From Candidatus Kaiserbacteria bacterium RIFCSPHIGHO2_12_FULL_53_13 (lineage in GTDB: Bacteria > Patescibacteriota > Minisyncoccia > Phycocordibacterales > UBA2100): DNA of 47,826 nt. Both the position numbers and the translations under genes were made by a program. Of the stretch, positions 45,566-47,826 are shown in pieces; position 1 is the stretch's first letter; each line of letters opens with the position of its first letter. The stretch is taken from positions 1,788 through 49,613 of the forward strand of contig MFLP01000034.1 in assembly GCA_001781555.1 (NCBI GenBank), given 5' to 3'. The notes below the pieces were generated by a model that made no database searches, was not told the origin of the DNA, and was given only the letters and a program-made list of their open reading frames with translations.

Positions 45566-46462
45566 ATGGCTAGTCTATACACACAGCAAGGAAGAAATGT
45601 ATTCCGCACATGGGCGCTGATGAGCGCGTTTTTCCTGTTGGTCATGCTCGTCGGGTGGGCGATCTCGTGGTACATGCAGACTCCCGGAATACTTTGGGTC
45701 GCCGTCGCATTCGCGCTCGTGATGAACATAAGCGCCTATTGGTTCTCCGACAAAGTCGCGCTCACATCCGTCGGTGCCAAAGAGGCCGACCCGGTCAGAT
45801 TTCTTGAGTTGCATCGCATACTTGAGAACTTGTCTATAACAGCCGGACTCCCGAAGCCGCGTTTGTACATAATAGAAGACAACGCGCCCAACGCGTTTGC
45901 GGCGGGGCGCGATCCCAAACACGCGGTCGTAGCCGTGACGACGGGGCTCCTTGCGCGGCTTGACCGCGCCGAGCTTGAAGGCGTGCTTGCCCACGAACTC
46001 TCGCACGTGGGCAACCGCGATATTCTCGTGATGACGGTGGCTGTCGTTTTAGCCGGCCTCATTACCGTCGTTGTTGATATGTTCATTCGCGTCAGTTTTT
46101 TTGGCGGCGGGAACAATCGCGACCGCGGAGGCAACGCCCTGCTTGCGATAGCGGCGATTGCCGCTATCATCCTCGCTCCGCTCGCCGCGCAATTGATACA
46201 AATGGCGATATCGCGAAGGCGGGAATTTTTGGCGGATGCTTCCGGCGCTTTGCTCACGCGCTATCCCGAGGGCCTTGCTTCCGCTCTCCAAAAGATTTCT
46301 TCCTATGAAGCGCCGATGCGGAGAGCGAGCCACGCGACCGCGCACCTTTTCATCTCGAATCCGTTCGGCGCGCACGAGGCGGGGAAGTTTATCGCGAAGC
46401 TTTTCTCAACACACCCGCCGGTAGGAGAACGCGTCGCGGCATTGAAAGGGATGATCGTATAG
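45566..46462 (+). CDS. htpX: HtpX-like M48 zinc metalloprotease
   Basis: PNAFAAG, HELSH, SRRREFLAD, STHPP; follows lemA. Confidence 0.93.
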   Translation: MASLYTQQGRNVFRTWALMSAFFLLVMLVGWAISWYMQTPGILWVAVAFALVMNISAYWFSDKVALTSVGAKEADPVRFLELHRILENLSITAGLPKPRLYIIEDNAPNAFAAGRDPKHAVVAVTTGLLARLDRAELEGVLAHELSHVGNRDILVMTVAVVLAGLITVVVDMFIRVSFFGGGNNRDRGGNALLAIAAIAAIILAPLAAQLIQMAISRRREFLADASGALLTRYPEGLASALQKISSYEAPMRRASHATAHLFISNPFGAHEAGKFIAKLFSTHPPVGERVAALKGMIV

Positions 46463-46468
46463 TGCGAT

Positions 46469-46945
46469 ATGCGTATCACGCGCGACGGAAAATTTGAACG
46501 CAGCGATATCTGGCGGGAAGGGAAGTGGCTCGACCTTTGGAGCGTTGTCCATCTGCTCTCCGGCGTATCTTTCGGACTTTCGATAGGGGTTCTTGGTTTG
46601 GGGACTGAAGCTTCAATTATCATCGTGCTCCTCGTTTTCGTGCTCTACGAGACGTGGGAAGCGATGGTGAAGATAAAGGAGACCCCGCAGAACCGGTTCA
46701 TGGACGTCGTGGTCGGTATGGCGAGCTTTGTGCCGACCTTTCTCCTCTCGCCAGCGTTGCCGGAGACACTCCTCATTCTTGCATTTGGATTCATACTGAC
46801 GGCGAACATTACGATGGCCGTATTCGGCTGGACTGCATCCCGCAAAGCCGAGGAGTTCGAACATAGATTGCGACTCAGGCTCGCCGAGCAGCGCAAGCGT
46901 CTCAGGGAGCGCCGCCTGCGCCGCATGGAGAGTCGGCAAAAGTGA
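46469..46945 (+). CDS. Hypothetical membrane protein
   Basis: Several hydrophobic helices; DLWSVVH, WE, E..NRFMD; basic tail. Confidence 0.65.
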   Translation: MRITRDGKFERSDIWREGKWLDLWSVVHLLSGVSFGLSIGVLGLGTEASIIIVLLVFVLYETWEAMVKIKETPQNRFMDVVVGMASFVPTFLLSPALPETLLILAFGFILTANITMAVFGWTASRKAEEFEHRLRLRLAEQRKRLRERRLRRMESRQK

Positions 46946-47033
46946 TGCCCTGTGTCCGCGGTGTTTTTTGACAGGATGCAAATTCCTGAAAAAGAAGCAG
47001 TTCTTGGTAATTTAAGTGACATATTAACCTTTA

Positions 47034-47055
47034 ATATACCGATATATCGGTATAT
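47034..47055. repeat. Perfect palindrome downstream of the TrpR-like gene
   Basis: ATATACCGATATATCGGTATAT. Confidence 0.85.
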
Positions 47056-47063
47056 AACAGATT

Positions 47064-47483
47064 CTAATCGGTCCAAAGCCGCCTTCTAATATCATTTAGT
47101 CTTTTCTTGTGTCCCGCCCCGGTAATTGGTCTCCCTCCTGTTAATAATAATTCAAGGAGTTCAAGGAATGATACTCTCATGCGTCCTCGCAGCGCTTTTA
47201 TAATGGGTTCATATGCGCCAGCTTCGAGCTCACCATGAATTCTTTTGATGGTAGAGGTGCTCATTTTCAGACTCTTTGAGATGCGATAGTACGAGAATTC
47301 TTTTTCCAACATAACGATAAGCGCAAGGCGTTTTGCCAACATCGTTTGTTCTGTGAGTGTCAAAAGCGACCGTAATATTTCATGGCCTTGCGATCCAGAA
47401 GCAGAAAATAATGCACGCGTGAAATTAGTTGAAATTCGGCTTTCAATCTTGCGCTTCATTCTGTATTTTGATACATGGGTCAT
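47064..47483 (-). CDS. TrpR/YerC-like HTH protein
   Basis: LLTLTEQTMLAKRL..L..SYYRISKSLKMSTSTI; start at ATG 47483 (MTHVSK), downstream of the palindrome. Confidence 0.75.
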   Translation of the reverse strand: MTHVSKYRMKRKIESRISTNFTRALFSASGSQGHEILRSLLTLTEQTMLAKRLALIVMLEKEFSYYRISKSLKMSTSTIKRIHGELEAGAYEPIIKALRGRMRVSFLELLELLLTGGRPITGAGHKKRLNDIRRRLWTD

Positions 47484-47492
47484 ATGCCAGAT

Positions 47493-47512
47493 TATACCGA
47501 TATATCGGTATA
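47493..47512. promoter_or_regulatory. Same palindrome upstream of the TrpR-like gene (putative operator)
   Basis: TATACCGATATATCGGTATA, 9 bp from the ATG. Confidence 0.75.
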
Positions 47513-47572
47513 CATGTCTTGTCTTAAAATGATTTTGTGGATAGGGAATCATATCGTATACTTTTCACTCAC

Positions 47573-47657
47573 GGAGGCGTCGGATAGTGGTTTATTCCAC
47601 CGCCTTGGAAAGGCGGCATGCCGCAAGGCATCGTGAGTTCGAATCTCACCGCCTCCG
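47573..47657 (+). tRNA. tRNA-Ser(GGA), CCA not encoded
   Basis: Acceptor GGAGGCG/CGCCTCC, anticodon arm CCGCC-TTGGAAA-GGCGG, long variable arm ATGCCGCAAGGCAT, T-arm GTGAG-TTCGAAT-CTCAC. Confidence 0.95.
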
Positions 47658-47826
47658 CTCTGAAAAGGAGAAAGCGCAATTATGCAAAGAATTAAATGAG
47701 CTATAATGTACCTTAATGTCGGTCGAGCTCTACCAGACTTTTCTTCTCATCGGATCGATTCTCGGATTTTACCTCGCGTATCTTTATGGAAGAAAAACCA
47801 CACGATTTAGATGGAGTGAGTATTTT

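Overview
Bacterial chromosomal window. The gene content and style (short hinge-less SMC, editing-domain-less ThrRS, NusB-NUDIX fusion, -10 boxes just upstream of start codons) suggest a Patescibacteria/CPR (Parcubacteria-like) genome; this is inference. It carries housekeeping genes (thrS, dnaE, rnhB, rpmF, nusB, rnc, smc, rpsP, DEAD-box helicase, glmS, metK with a SAM-I riboswitch, maf, yvcK, nth, murF, ddl, rnj, secG, groES/EL, lemA, htpX, tRNA-Ser), an argG-argH-argF-like cluster, and an AT-rich defence island (HTH, MazG-like, Mrr, DNA methyltransferase, DGQHR protein). The most striking signal is six 95-120 bp elements with terminal inverted repeats YCCCGTTAGA(A/G)...(T/C)TCTAACG(G/T)GR and unrelated interiors, each sitting exactly at a gene start. 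In five of six copies the element follows an upstream ATG, is flanked by a 4-bp TGNN duplication (one copy with a mismatch), and its last base rebuilds an ATG/GTG for the host gene. Other unexplained patterns: a GCTCG-hairpin-TCGCT element family, heptamer CCTAnnn arrays before start codons, HTH genes bracketed by duplicated palindromes, and in-frame palindromic insertions in dnaE.
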